Shown here: positions 13,201 to 25,200 of the stretch, one piece after another
Numbering within the stretch: position 1 is the stretch's first letter
How the letters are laid out: each line of letters begins with the position of its first letter
DNA from: an uncultured Candidatus Saccharibacteria bacterium
GTDB lineage: Bacteria; Patescibacteriota; Minisyncoccia; Phycocordibacterales; UBA918
Length of the DNA stretch: 64,000 nt
Direction: 5' to 3'
Assembly: GCA_964626635.1 (NCBI GenBank)
Contig: CAZVFY010000001.1
Location: 112,498 to 176,497 of the forward strand
Notes under the pieces: generated by a model
Told to the model about the DNA's origin: nothing
The model's input: only the letters and a program-made list of their open reading frames with translations
The model's database searches: none
Translations under genes and position numbers: made by a program

Positions 13201-16200
13201 CGATGAGCTGTCAGCGATCGTTGAAGTCGCGATCGTTGAATTCCAAATGACAACATCGCTATCTTCCGACACACTAACATTGGCATAATCATCACCCGAG
13301 TCTAGTCGGTCAGTTACCACGTAGTCTCCGCCTGTCAGCACCAGTGTGCTGTCGGTCCAGGTCGTGGCCGCCGCCGCGAATCGGTTTTCAAATACGCCAG
13401 CCACGGTCAACGTCGTGTTCGGTTGTTGGGTAAAGCTCGCGCCAGTTTGTAATACTGCGCGATTCTCTACAGTGTTCGTCGCCACTGTCCAACCGCCGCC
13501 GACGCCATCAAACACTAGGTTGTAGAATGGCGCTGCACCAAACGCGACCACTTCGCCAGTGTCGGTACTGTTGAAAGTGGTAGTCGCGTTGTTCGCGTTA
13601 TACGAACCGCCAGTGTTTAGCGCTGACCCGCCAATGTTGAAGTTGTTGGTTGGTGCAACTAACTGCACGCCGTTGATCGTCACATCACCCAATGCGTTGG
13701 TGTTGACTTCATTAAGTCGGAACACCTGACTATCAGCGCTGAGACTCTGTGAGTCAGCAGTGTAGAACGTACTTGGGCTGTTTTGGTTGGCGTACTCAGC
13801 GGCGTACCAGTCGGCGCTGCGACTGACGCTCGAGAAGCGCACCTCGTCGAGTAATCCGTCGAAATAGTTACCAGTTCGCCAACGCCCAATTAATACCCCG
13901 TAGCCGCTGACATCTTGGGTGTTGAGCGATCGCCCAATAGTATCTTCGTTGATGGTATTTACGTAGGTTCGTACGTCACTGCCGTCATAATCAAGCGCCA
14001 CATGTTGCCACTCGCCAAAAGGCCTGGCAGCGAACGTATTGTCGCCATCCCAATGCTGCGCGCGCCATTGATTCGTATCGTTTACTCGTACTGTGTAGTC
14101 TTGCAGAGTCTGCGAGCCACCAAGATTCCACAGTCCACCTGCGTCCGACCAAGACTCGACGTTAGACCAGGCGCTGACTGACTTGGTATTGGCGCCTTCC
14201 AGTCCTGTGATCATGGCGGTGTTCAAATCAATAAAGTCACCGTTGTCACTATTCTCAAAATCTTGTGCGCTACCGAGCAGACCATTCGTACGCGTTGGCA
14301 CATCGACGGCTGCACCGGCGCCACCCTGCCCGTCGTAGCCATTGCCCGTACTATCAATAAATTCACCGGCCGTACCGTCACCAGTTTCCTCGAGGTGGAA
14401 GACTGCTTCGTAGCCGTTACTCCACACATTATTGCGACCGTACATGCTGCTCGGCGCCGGAGCGCTCGCGGCGCCGTTATTATGGTACAGATAAAACACT
14501 GTATCTGTAGTCGCCAAAAGCGTATCGGCACGGAAATGCAGCTCGCCAGTTTCGGCGTCGGTATCAATAGACACCAACTCGACTGGCATTTGCACATTAT
14601 CACTGTTCGTAACGCGGACATCAGCTCCGTCGCTAGCGACGTTACTCCAGAAGTCAGCCCCCAGATCACTGAGGTCGACGTAGACTGGGAAACTAGTCAA
14701 GGTTGCGTTTAGATTACTGGCGCTAATAGTAAGCTGCTGACGGCGCGTCCACGCAGCGTCAAACCAGTCGAATGATCCGCCAGCCCCAAACGTCACATCG
14801 TTAAATGCAGAGCCACCGGTAATGATATTAATGCTTTCGTCGCTGTAGAATCGCACCGAGCCATCGTTGTGAGCAAATGATCCGCCTGTGACATTCATCG
14901 TGTCGCCAATCGCCAGCGTACCAGTTGGCATCGTGACTGCGCCATTTTGGATCGCGAATTGCCCACTAGTCGTGGCGTTCGCATCAGTAACGCTCCACGC
15001 GCCGCTACCCGCGAATGTCACATCATTCAAAATGTTAGTAAACGGAGTCCCGCCGAGCGTGATGGTTTCGGTGCCAGCTCCATTAAACAGTACGGTACCG
15101 TTGTTATGCATGAACGAGGCATTGTTAGTAAAGCTACCACCAACAGTCAGCGTTCCCGTCGGGAGTGCAACCGTCCCGGTCGCCACGATAAAATCATCGG
15201 CGACTACGAGCGACGGTTCGGTAAAGACCGGTGTGGTACTCGCATCGTTGAGGCGTAGCGTATAGAACGCCGAACCACCTCCGGCAATATTATGGGTCGC
15301 TTCGTCAACCACAACATCTGGCTGGAAGCTCTCGGCGACTCCTGCAGAGTAAAAGATACTCGGTGTGTTTTGGTTGGTGTATTCCGCTTCGATCCAGGCA
15401 GTGTTGCGAGTGGTGGTGGCAATACGCAATTCATCAATGAGCGCATCAAAGTACGTTGTGCCGCCACCAAGGCGACCGACCTCGAAGCCATCGTTATTTG
15501 AGGGGCTGTTAACCGTTTGGTTCGCAACATCTCGCAAAATAGCGTTTTGGTAATAGCGATTTGAGCTGCCGCTGACTGTCGTACCGACAAAAAAGAATTG
15601 ATTCCAGCTGGTAGTGTTACGCGGGTTGATATTGAATCCGTCAGCATCACCAAAGTCAAAGTCACCATCGCCGCCACCAGTACCGCCACCGCTCCACGGT
15701 CGGAGATTGATGGTATTTGGATTGCCACCAGTGCCAAACTGGTAGTACGCGCCGCCATCAGCGTTATCCATCAAATACCACCCAGAAGTCACCAAAGCAT
15801 CGCCGGCGGTCCAGTCAAAGTCAGGGTTATTGAGGTACCCGTTCAGGCTTTCTAAATTAAGACCAACACCGAGTTGTCCGCTAGTTGTCGCCAGCGCGTT
15901 GTCGGTCACAACCAGATCACGGGCATTGCTCGTTGCGTCAGCTACCACATTACCTGTCGCACTGACATCATCGTTAAAGTGATAGACCGCTTCGTACTGG
16001 GCCCAAACCGCCTGGCTACCAAATTGCGCAGTAGGCGCGTAGGCGGTCGCGGCGGCATTAGCAAAGTACACGTAGAACGACGTGTCAGTCGTTGCGCTCA
16101 CGCTGTCAGCGAGGAAGTGTAATTCGCCAGTATCGTCTGCTCCGTCAAACTCGACTAGGTCATGTGGTAATTCTGTCTGCCCATCACCGCTGGTGATGCG

Positions 16201-19200
16201 GATATCGCGACCATCGCTCGCCACGTCAGTCCAGAACGCAGCCCCTAACGTACTGAGGTCGAGATAGATCGGAAAATTAGTTAGGGTGCTGTCGATCTCG
16301 TCGGCATCAATCACGACTGGGACCCTACGACCAAAATCCTCGTCCGAGTACCAGTCGCTCGAGCCTGGGATGATTGGTGGGTACACTCGGTCGTCTTCGA
16401 CAATCTCGACGATAGACGTACCAGCGTTAAACGACCCGTTATTAATCCAATCCCCACCAACCGAGATGGTGTTACCAGTCCCGCCCACCAAGGTATCGTT
16501 GTTGCCGATCACCACATCGTACGCAGCCACATCAGTCACCGCTGTCACTGTTAAATTGGCGCCGTCGATAGTGACGTTACCGATGTTTTGGGTGCTAGGA
16601 CTGTTGTCAGTCCAGGTGTGCGAACCGGTTCCGTTAAACGTGGTGGTGCCGGTACCCTGCCAGTTACCAGTCGCTCCGGTGAGCACTGACCCAGCGACCG
16701 CAATGTCACTCTCACCCCGATCAAACACCCCGGAATTGACAGACAAGTCACCCGAGAGATCAAGCGCTACATCAACCGTGATGGTAGCCGTAGCGCCAGT
16801 ACTGATGTTGAGGGTGTGGAAATCTAGCGGGATTTCGGTACTAGTGATCGTCTCGGCTGTGCTGGCTGCCGTAAAGGTAATGGTCGATGTGTCGGTTGAA
16901 CTAGTCGCGTTGTTGTCGTACGAACCGCTGAGAGTAAAACTATTGTTGTCGAGCTCGATGGTTCCGTCATTAATAAAGTCATGCGTGCTCACACTCACCG
17001 CGGTCGACGTCGCCGGCACGTAGCGCTGGCCCGGACCAACGTACAGATTGGCGTCGGTACATGTACCGCTACCGCAGACAGCCAAGTTATTGAGGCCATC
17101 AACCGCGAACAAGATATCTTCGTCGTCAGTGTTGTCGTACAGACCTAGTAGTTGGTTGGTAATGGTGCCTTGTTCGTCAGCTACGAATGATACGTGCTGC
17201 TCGTACAGCGCCACACCGGTGATATCACCCAGTCCGTCATAGACGAAACTGGTTACAGCTTCGTCCTGTTCGTCTGCCCCATCTACCCACACAGTCACAA
17301 TCTGCCCGTTAAATGCGGTTACGTTTGGCAATGTCCAGGTGCCGTTACTGACCACCCCGACACCACTGACCGGCACGCCATTTACCGCCGCGCGGACTGT
17401 CCCAGTAGTCACATTGGTAGTGCGGTCGTACTCCTGCAAGCTACCAGACATATTGACTCCCTCACTCCACTCTAGCTGCCAGTCATCTAAAGTTGGGCAG
17501 CTACTGCCAACGCACTCGAGAGTTGCGAGCGCGCGGATCGTGTCGTAGGTGTTAATGTCAACGCCACTAAGATCAATCGGACTAGTGGTAAAGCCCGTTG
17601 CATTGCCAGGGATTTGACTATCTGGGACGAGTGCATAGACACCCTCGCTCACGCGATATTGTAACTGAATGCGCACCACACTGGATGCTGGGGTGGAGGC
17701 GTTCCAGGCAAAATTCGCAAACTTTGGTCCAGCCCCATCCGAAAAGATAATGTCTTCGCCGGCAAACGTCCCGCTGAGTCCCCCACTATCCTGTCGCCGT
17801 AAGATTCCCGTGTCACTCTCGAACGCAAGTAAACTGACAGTCTCATCACCACCGTGCGCATCAGCACGGCTACCGACCTCAATCACACTAGCAAAGAGGT
17901 TGGTGTTGGACTGGGTACCCGATAGATCCTTGAGCGCAAAGCTACCATCCCCACCACCCTCAGAGTTTTGTTGCAGGAGCGTAAAGCCTGGCATTGTCGT
18001 AAAACCACTGAGATTGAAATTATGACCGCCATTACTAAATGAGTCTTCAACATCATTGAAGGCTCGACCGGTATCGAAGCGGGTGCCATTATTCGTACCA
18101 CTCCCTTGATCCATCAAAACAAAATCAACATCTTCTCCGCTCGAGTGCGGCAAGTCGGACATACTCTTGGCTAAGGACAGGCGAATCGAGCCCCCGGTCC
18201 ATTCATTACTGCGATTACCTGCGTCTAGGTGGGCTGATACCCACGTACTATCATTGACAGTCACGATGGTCGCAAACGCTAAGGGGTTGGTGCCGAAACT
18301 CGTACTGATCGGCACGGTTAATCCGGTACCATTATCGTATGGTTGTCGGATCAAGTCAGTCGATGCCAGACTTTCTGTTCCAGCCAGCAATGTAATGCCG
18401 CCAGCACCGTCATCAAGCTCCCACTCACCGGCTTCTAGCACCAAGTAATCTACAACAGTCGTACCACTGAAGCCGTCGTGATCGTCAACCTTGATTTCAA
18501 AGCCGGTGGCAGTTTTATTGCGAATGCGAGGCGTGCGGCCGTCACCTTGACCCGTCACGTTGTATTCCGGTGATGCCACGACAACCATATTGTCATAAGT
18601 GCGACTGGTCGTGATTGTTTCCCAAGCATTATTGATCAAGGTCACGGTGCCGTATTCACCAATCTCGTTTGTCAGGCTGACAGCTCCACTGGTGGTGGCA
18701 ACGGTGCCATTGAAGAAGCCCTGACTAAACTGATCCTGCGTAGTCTGGAACCAGGTCGACTCGGTGGTGGCTGTGTCAATAGTGAACGAATCAGGCTCGG
18801 ACCATGGCGACCACGCATTACCCCCGGCTGGATCCTTGGCGCGAGTGCGCCACCAGTACGTAACACCATTAGCGAATGGCGTACCGCTCGGTGTGTCAAA
18901 GGTGACACGTTCGCTCGAGATAAATGGTGACAGATCACTGCCGTTTGACTCATTGACAAACTGTGTGCTCACACCTGAGTTATACGTGGTAGTCGCACCG
19001 GCAAAATCAAAGTCCGTACTAAAAGAGATTTCGTATTCTAGGTCGTCGCCTTGCGGATCGGTAGACACAAAATCAAACGTTGGTAGCGTGTCTGCAGTCT
19101 TCTGATTATCGAACGGATCACCCTGTATCGGCACTTCAACCCGTTGCCCCCAACGCACTTGCCAGTTATTGAGGGTGACACTACTGCCGCTGAGATTGGC

Positions 19201-22200
19201 AACTAACCGGATTTCGTTGTACTCCCGAGTATCTAAATCGATCAAGTTAACTGGGCTGGTTGTAAAGCCAGTAGCATTACCCGTCAGTGACGCATCAGGC
19301 ACTAATTGCCAGGTACCATTATTGTTGTATTCGATCTGCACCGAGAACGAGCCAGTCGTCACTGTCGCATCCCAAGCTAATTCGCCCCACGCGTTGCCGA
19401 TCGTCGCATCGTCAAAATCGATGGCGGTGCTGGTGATGACGCCTGGACTACTGACCAAATCAGCGCCGCCGGTGGTGGTGGCGACACCAGTAAGCGCATT
19501 AGTAGCAAACTGACCACCAGTTGTCTGCAGCCATTCGCTGGTCGTCAATGTGGTGTCTGTAGTAAAGCTAAACGGCGCTGACCAATCACTGAATGCACCC
19601 GAACCATTTGGATCACTCGCGCGTACTCGCCACCAATAGGTGGTGCTGGAAGCGAGAATACTACTGCTGTCAAACCGTACAGTTGCACCCGAACTAAATG
19701 GGGCCTTATCTGCGGTTGCGCTTAAATTAGTAAATGATAGTGGACTGGTGAGCGAATTTGCCGACAACACGACTGAACTGAAAGTGCGGTTATCATCAAT
19801 CTCAAGTTCGTAGTGGATATCATCACCCGCAATGTCGTTGGCGACAAAGCTGAGCGACGGTGTTATTTGAGTAGTGTGTTCGTTGTCAAAGAATGACTGT
19901 AAGAGCGGCACGTTAGGTGGTCCGACCGTTTCTAATTCTGGGTATGAATCGTACGAGTCAAAAGTCTCTCCATTGGCGCGAATCATCCGGAAACAGTAGG
20001 TTTGGTTGACATCAATGTTATTAGTGAGCAGCACCCAATCCCATTCCATCACAGTACTTGGGCTAAACTCAACGGGATTGAAATTAGACAAGTTGCGCTC
20101 TTCGTAGGTGCCGGCGTCAGTTGAACTCGCTAGCAGCGTGCCTGGCAAAGTATTGCCGTCACTCACACTAGGATTATTAAACCCGGCAAACGCAGCGGTC
20201 GTACTCCCAACGCCACCCACCAGTTTCCAGTCGGTCGCGAGTCCACACTGACCGACAGTGGCAGGTGCGTACTGCAGTGCAAAGGCCTCGGTACCCGCCG
20301 TCGAAGTGGCGTTCCCGCCAGCCACGTTCATGCGCAGACGCAAAACATCGCCGGTGTTCACGGCTCCAGCGCCGGTTATTGAGTCGCCCTCGCTCACGAA
20401 TTCTGTCGAATTAATTGCCCAAGTAGTTGTTAGGTTCAGTGCAGCAGTATTCTGATACCAGCCGAAGGACAACTGCGTGTATTCAGGGCCATTCGCCTCT
20501 TGTTGCGCCAATGCACGGAAATTCGCGGCGCCGGCACCAAACTTACGCGCCTGACGTGGACCAAGGACGTTCTTTTCATCTTGATCAATCGACACGTCCT
20601 CCATAATCATATAGAACGGTCGATCGTTGGTCGCGCGTACTAATGTGCCTGCCGCAAAGTTTGCCCCATCACCGCTACCAGTGCCATTAGTGAAGTACGC
20701 TTTGCCGGGCGTGTTCGCCCCAGGACTACAGGTGCCGGTTTCGATAGTCACACCCAATGCCGTAGTGACTTCAAGTGACACGGCGCCGTACTCGGGTGCA
20801 CACACTACCGCGATGTAGGCGGTAGCGCCCGTGAGCGCGTATTGCGTGCTGAATTCGCTCGTTGGCCAGAACATTGTGGCTTCGTTACCGTCACTGTCGG
20901 CCTGCTGTGCAAAGCTAACGCCCGAACTAGCTCCCGTGATACGCACCGCTGACCCAGCTCCTTCGCTACCATTAGTACAGGTTTCACCATTTACTTCAAT
21001 ATCACCTTCAGTCAAACCAGAGTACGTACCAGTATTGCCGTCAGAACAATAGTACGTTGGATTGGCTGCGTCAGCCAATCCAATCCCCACTATATTGTCA
21101 GAGTCAACTCCATACAGATCATCGGTTGTGGGTTCAAGCAGCGTCAAACCATCACCCGGGTTGGTACTGCGGTGAGTGGCTAGAATAGGTACGTTTGATT
21201 CTATACGCATTCCCTCCCCATCTTGTACAGCAGAATCAGTCCCTTGGGGATTGGTGTTTGATACTGCCACCGCACCACTACTGAGTACGATGGTGTCGTC
21301 AGCCGTGGCGCTGTCCCCCAAGAAAAAGTCAACCGTCGCGGTGCCAAATGGCGCGTACACATATGTGCGATTTTCATTGCGCGCTGTTGGCAACACATAA
21401 CTGGTGGTGGCAAACGAAATTGGAACTAATACATCGCTACTATCGCCGCTATCTGTAATTACCGCCGCTGACACAGGCCCGAATGTACTGAGGGCTGAAG
21501 TGCCGTCGTACGTTGTAAAAGTAGCCTGCTCACCACGATTCAGGCTGACGGCTGTACCACCATCTAGCTGTACTTGGTTATTATCTACGAGACTTACGAC
21601 AGATACTGTACCAGCACCATTATTGTCTACGACATAATAAGACTCAGTGAGTGCGTCGTACGAAAAGGTGTCTAGCTCGTTACTTGCGCTCTCGGCGCCA
21701 CTATTACCATAGTACGCATAAATCAGCGATCCAGCGGCCTCTATGTTCGCTACTTGTACCCAAACTACCGCTTCGTCAGCTGTACTGTCCCAGGACTCAA
21801 TCCAGAAATCTAGTTCAGTGAACTCAGTAATTGCGAGAGTCTCTGCCGTTGAAGTGGAAAAGAATCGAGCATTATCAGCCATGTTTTCGTACTCGGTTTC
21901 CGCCCAACCAGCACTGCGCACCACCTCGGCTATACGCAGCTCATCGAGCTGTCCAATCAAACGCTGCTGATCGTCATACGCGCCATTAACCGCATCCTGC
22001 TCTTGTCCAATGACTAATCCACCGTTTGGAATATCAAAGGTATCAGTCATTGATTGTGTATCGGGATTTTCATTATCCCCTTGACCATCGACGTATAAAT
22101 TAACTTCGTCAGTCGCTGTGTTTCCCGTCACGACATAGTGCTGCCACTCGCCGGTATTGAACGTACCTACTGTATCATCGAGATTAAACAACTCGTTGCC

Positions 22201-25200
22201 CGTATTGTAGTATGCGCGGAAGACGTTTGGATCCGAGAAGAACATCGAGAACTCATTGTTATTATCAAAGTTCGCCCCACTCAAAATAGAGAGGTCAATT
22301 GATTGGGTTGTATTGTGCCACCAACTCACAGTGTGATTGCCGATTCCATCAATGATGTCGTTCGGTGGTTCGATCGCATCGTTGACACCGGCTCCAAACA
22401 CGGCGCCCCGCCCAAACAGACCACTCGTATCAGTGTCAGTATTATTATCGTCAGCGTGGTACCGGTTACTGGTGGAATCTAGGTACACATCTGGATTGTT
22501 GATCCCAGCCGCGAATTCTTCAAAGTGATATACTGCCCGAAAATTATTGGTCCAGACATTCTCACTTCCAAAAGTCGCATTACGTTCATACGCAATTGCA
22601 TCTTCATTATCATAATAGATGTAAAACTCGTTATTATCACCCCGCCCAAGATCAGCCTTGAAGTACAACTCGCCAGTATTATCAGTTGTATTGATATTGA
22701 CAAGTTCAATCGGCAGCTCGGTGACTCCGTCACCAGTCGTAATACGGATATCACTACCGTCGTTCGCGACACCGTTGAAGAAGTCATTACCAAGAATTGA
22801 CAAATCAAGGTAAACCGGGAAATCGGTTTGCGTACCGCTAACCCGACTGTCTGACGCAGTAAAGCGCTGACGACTTTCCCAACTAGTGCTGTACCAGTTG
22901 CGAGTAGCCGCGTTGTCTGGCGTCTGCACACCGCTGGTGACATAAAAGTCGCTGGCGCTGCTAAGGTTCGCGGACTCGGCGCGGACGAACGCGACCGACC
23001 GCGGCGCAATCCGAATACGCAATTCGTCTAGCTGCCCGTCCCAGTAGCGCCCTCCACCCTCACGACCGACATTAAAACCGTTACTATTAGTGTTAGATGG
23101 ATTGGCGGTGACTTGCACGGCCGTGTCTTGGAGAAAACCATTTTCGTACCAGTAATTTGTCCCACCCAATGTTGATGTACCAATTGTACCAAACCCCCGC
23201 CAAATACTAGTATCACGAGGTATAACCCGACTCTGTGCCGTATTATTATCAGTACCAAAGTAATGCAAGCCATTTGCAGCGTTGTACCACGGTCGAAATT
23301 CAATGTCATTAGGTTGATCACCGTTTCCCCACTGCCAAATCGCACCGTTATCAAAGCTCGACATAAAGTATGAACCACTGGTCGTCAGCGAGTCCCCGCC
23401 ATTAAATAGCCAGGTGGTCGACGCCGCCCGAGCGTTCGCACCTCGCAAGTCAAGCGCAGTGCCAAAGAACCCGCTGCTAGTGGCCATATCAGCGTTTTGA
23501 ATAACCAAGTCGTTACCGTTACCCGTCGCATCAGCCAGGAATGCACCCTGCGACACATCTGTATCATTGAAGTGATACACGGCGTCGTACTCGATCCACA
23601 CCGCCTGGGCGCCGAGCGGGTCAGTCGCCGCATATGGCATCAGCGTACTATTACCAAAGTACACGTAGAACGTCGTCGCGGCCGATGTCGGAATAATTGG
23701 AGCCAGGAAATGTAGTTCACCTGTTTCGGCTACAGTGTCGATAGACGCGAGGTCAATTGCTAGCTCAGTGCCGGCGCTCGTGTAAACCCGGATATCACCC
23801 CCATCGCTGCGTACGTTATTCCAGAAATCACTACCAAAGTCCGCCAGACTGACGCTAATTGGGAAATTGGCCAGATCAGCGTCGGCCGCGCCAGCCGGTA
23901 TCTCAAGCGGGATACGGTGCGTAAAGTCAAAGTCAAGCCAGTTATTGATGGCGGTGGCCTCGTTGCTAAAGTTACCAGCCATAGTTTCTTGTACGAACCG
24001 CAAGTCATCTCCGTCGGCGTCGACGTTCGTCCAGAAATCGTTAATCGCAGAATCGAGAGTGAGGCGGACCTGGAACTCTGTCTGGTCAGTACCAGTTGGG
24101 TTATCAACTTGTAGCGGCATTCGGTACTGCCAGTCTGATGACCAGAACGGGTCAAGGAGCCCGTACTCGCGATTACCAATGGCTTCCACCCAGTACTCGC
24201 CAGTACTAAACGGCGGGAAGCTAATATCCATCTTGAAATAGCGGGTTTCGCCCGGTGCAATACTGAACTGGTCTGGTGTGTACACCCGTCCTTCGAAATT
24301 GTCGGGTACGTCTTTGCGAGCCGGGCGCAACCCAAAGAACGCAGCTGTCCGCGCGAGCACCCCCTGCTCGGTACCCATCCCAGCGTTAGTAGTGACCGGA
24401 TCCCAACCACGGGCGTACTGCGTGACGGTGTGGTCTTGAACTTTTTGGGTGACGATACAAGCGGTTCCCTCACCCTCGATCACTTCACAAGTTCGCGCCA
24501 GATTAGTGCCCGGGCATGAATAAGTAGTTTCCGTGTCCGTTTCATTAACTGTAGTAGTGATGGTGCCGACGGCAGTATTCGCTGCTGCGGTAGTCATCGA
24601 CAACGCCAATTCGGTGGTAGTAGTTGGGCTGAGCTGACTACTTGTCGCACGTTCAGTAGTCAGGCTGTTAAGTGAATCAACTGGCTCGTCCACTGCCCAG
24701 CCGGCTTCACAGTGATACACGTACGGCCGATATTCTGGAATGACCGCCTGTCGGGGTTTGTTGAGACTGAAGACTTCTAGATTAGTGACTTCACCCACAT
24801 TGTTGGGGAAATACGTTTGGACACTAAATTCGTCAGCATTGTCACTGGTATTCGTGACGCTAAAGTAGGTCGTGACTTGGGACAGCCCTTCGTACGTTTT
24901 TTGATCTGACTTGATGATGAGTGTTTCGTCGTCGTTGTTATCGGTAAACGTAAACTGTACTTGCTCGCCGTCTGGTAGTGTCAAGGTGTCACCAGAGAGA
25001 TTGCTGTCGATAAAACCAGTGTTCTCGATCAGCTGGTCAAATGGCGTTGGTTCGGTATTCTCTGGTGGAGTCAGTACAAATAATTCTAGCCATGCGCTCT
25101 CGACGAACAGTTCACGGACAGTTGCGTCATCATGATCAAATCGTAATTCGACCACTACGTCGCGCAGCATAGCTGGATCGGTAATATCTGGTAGCGCGTA

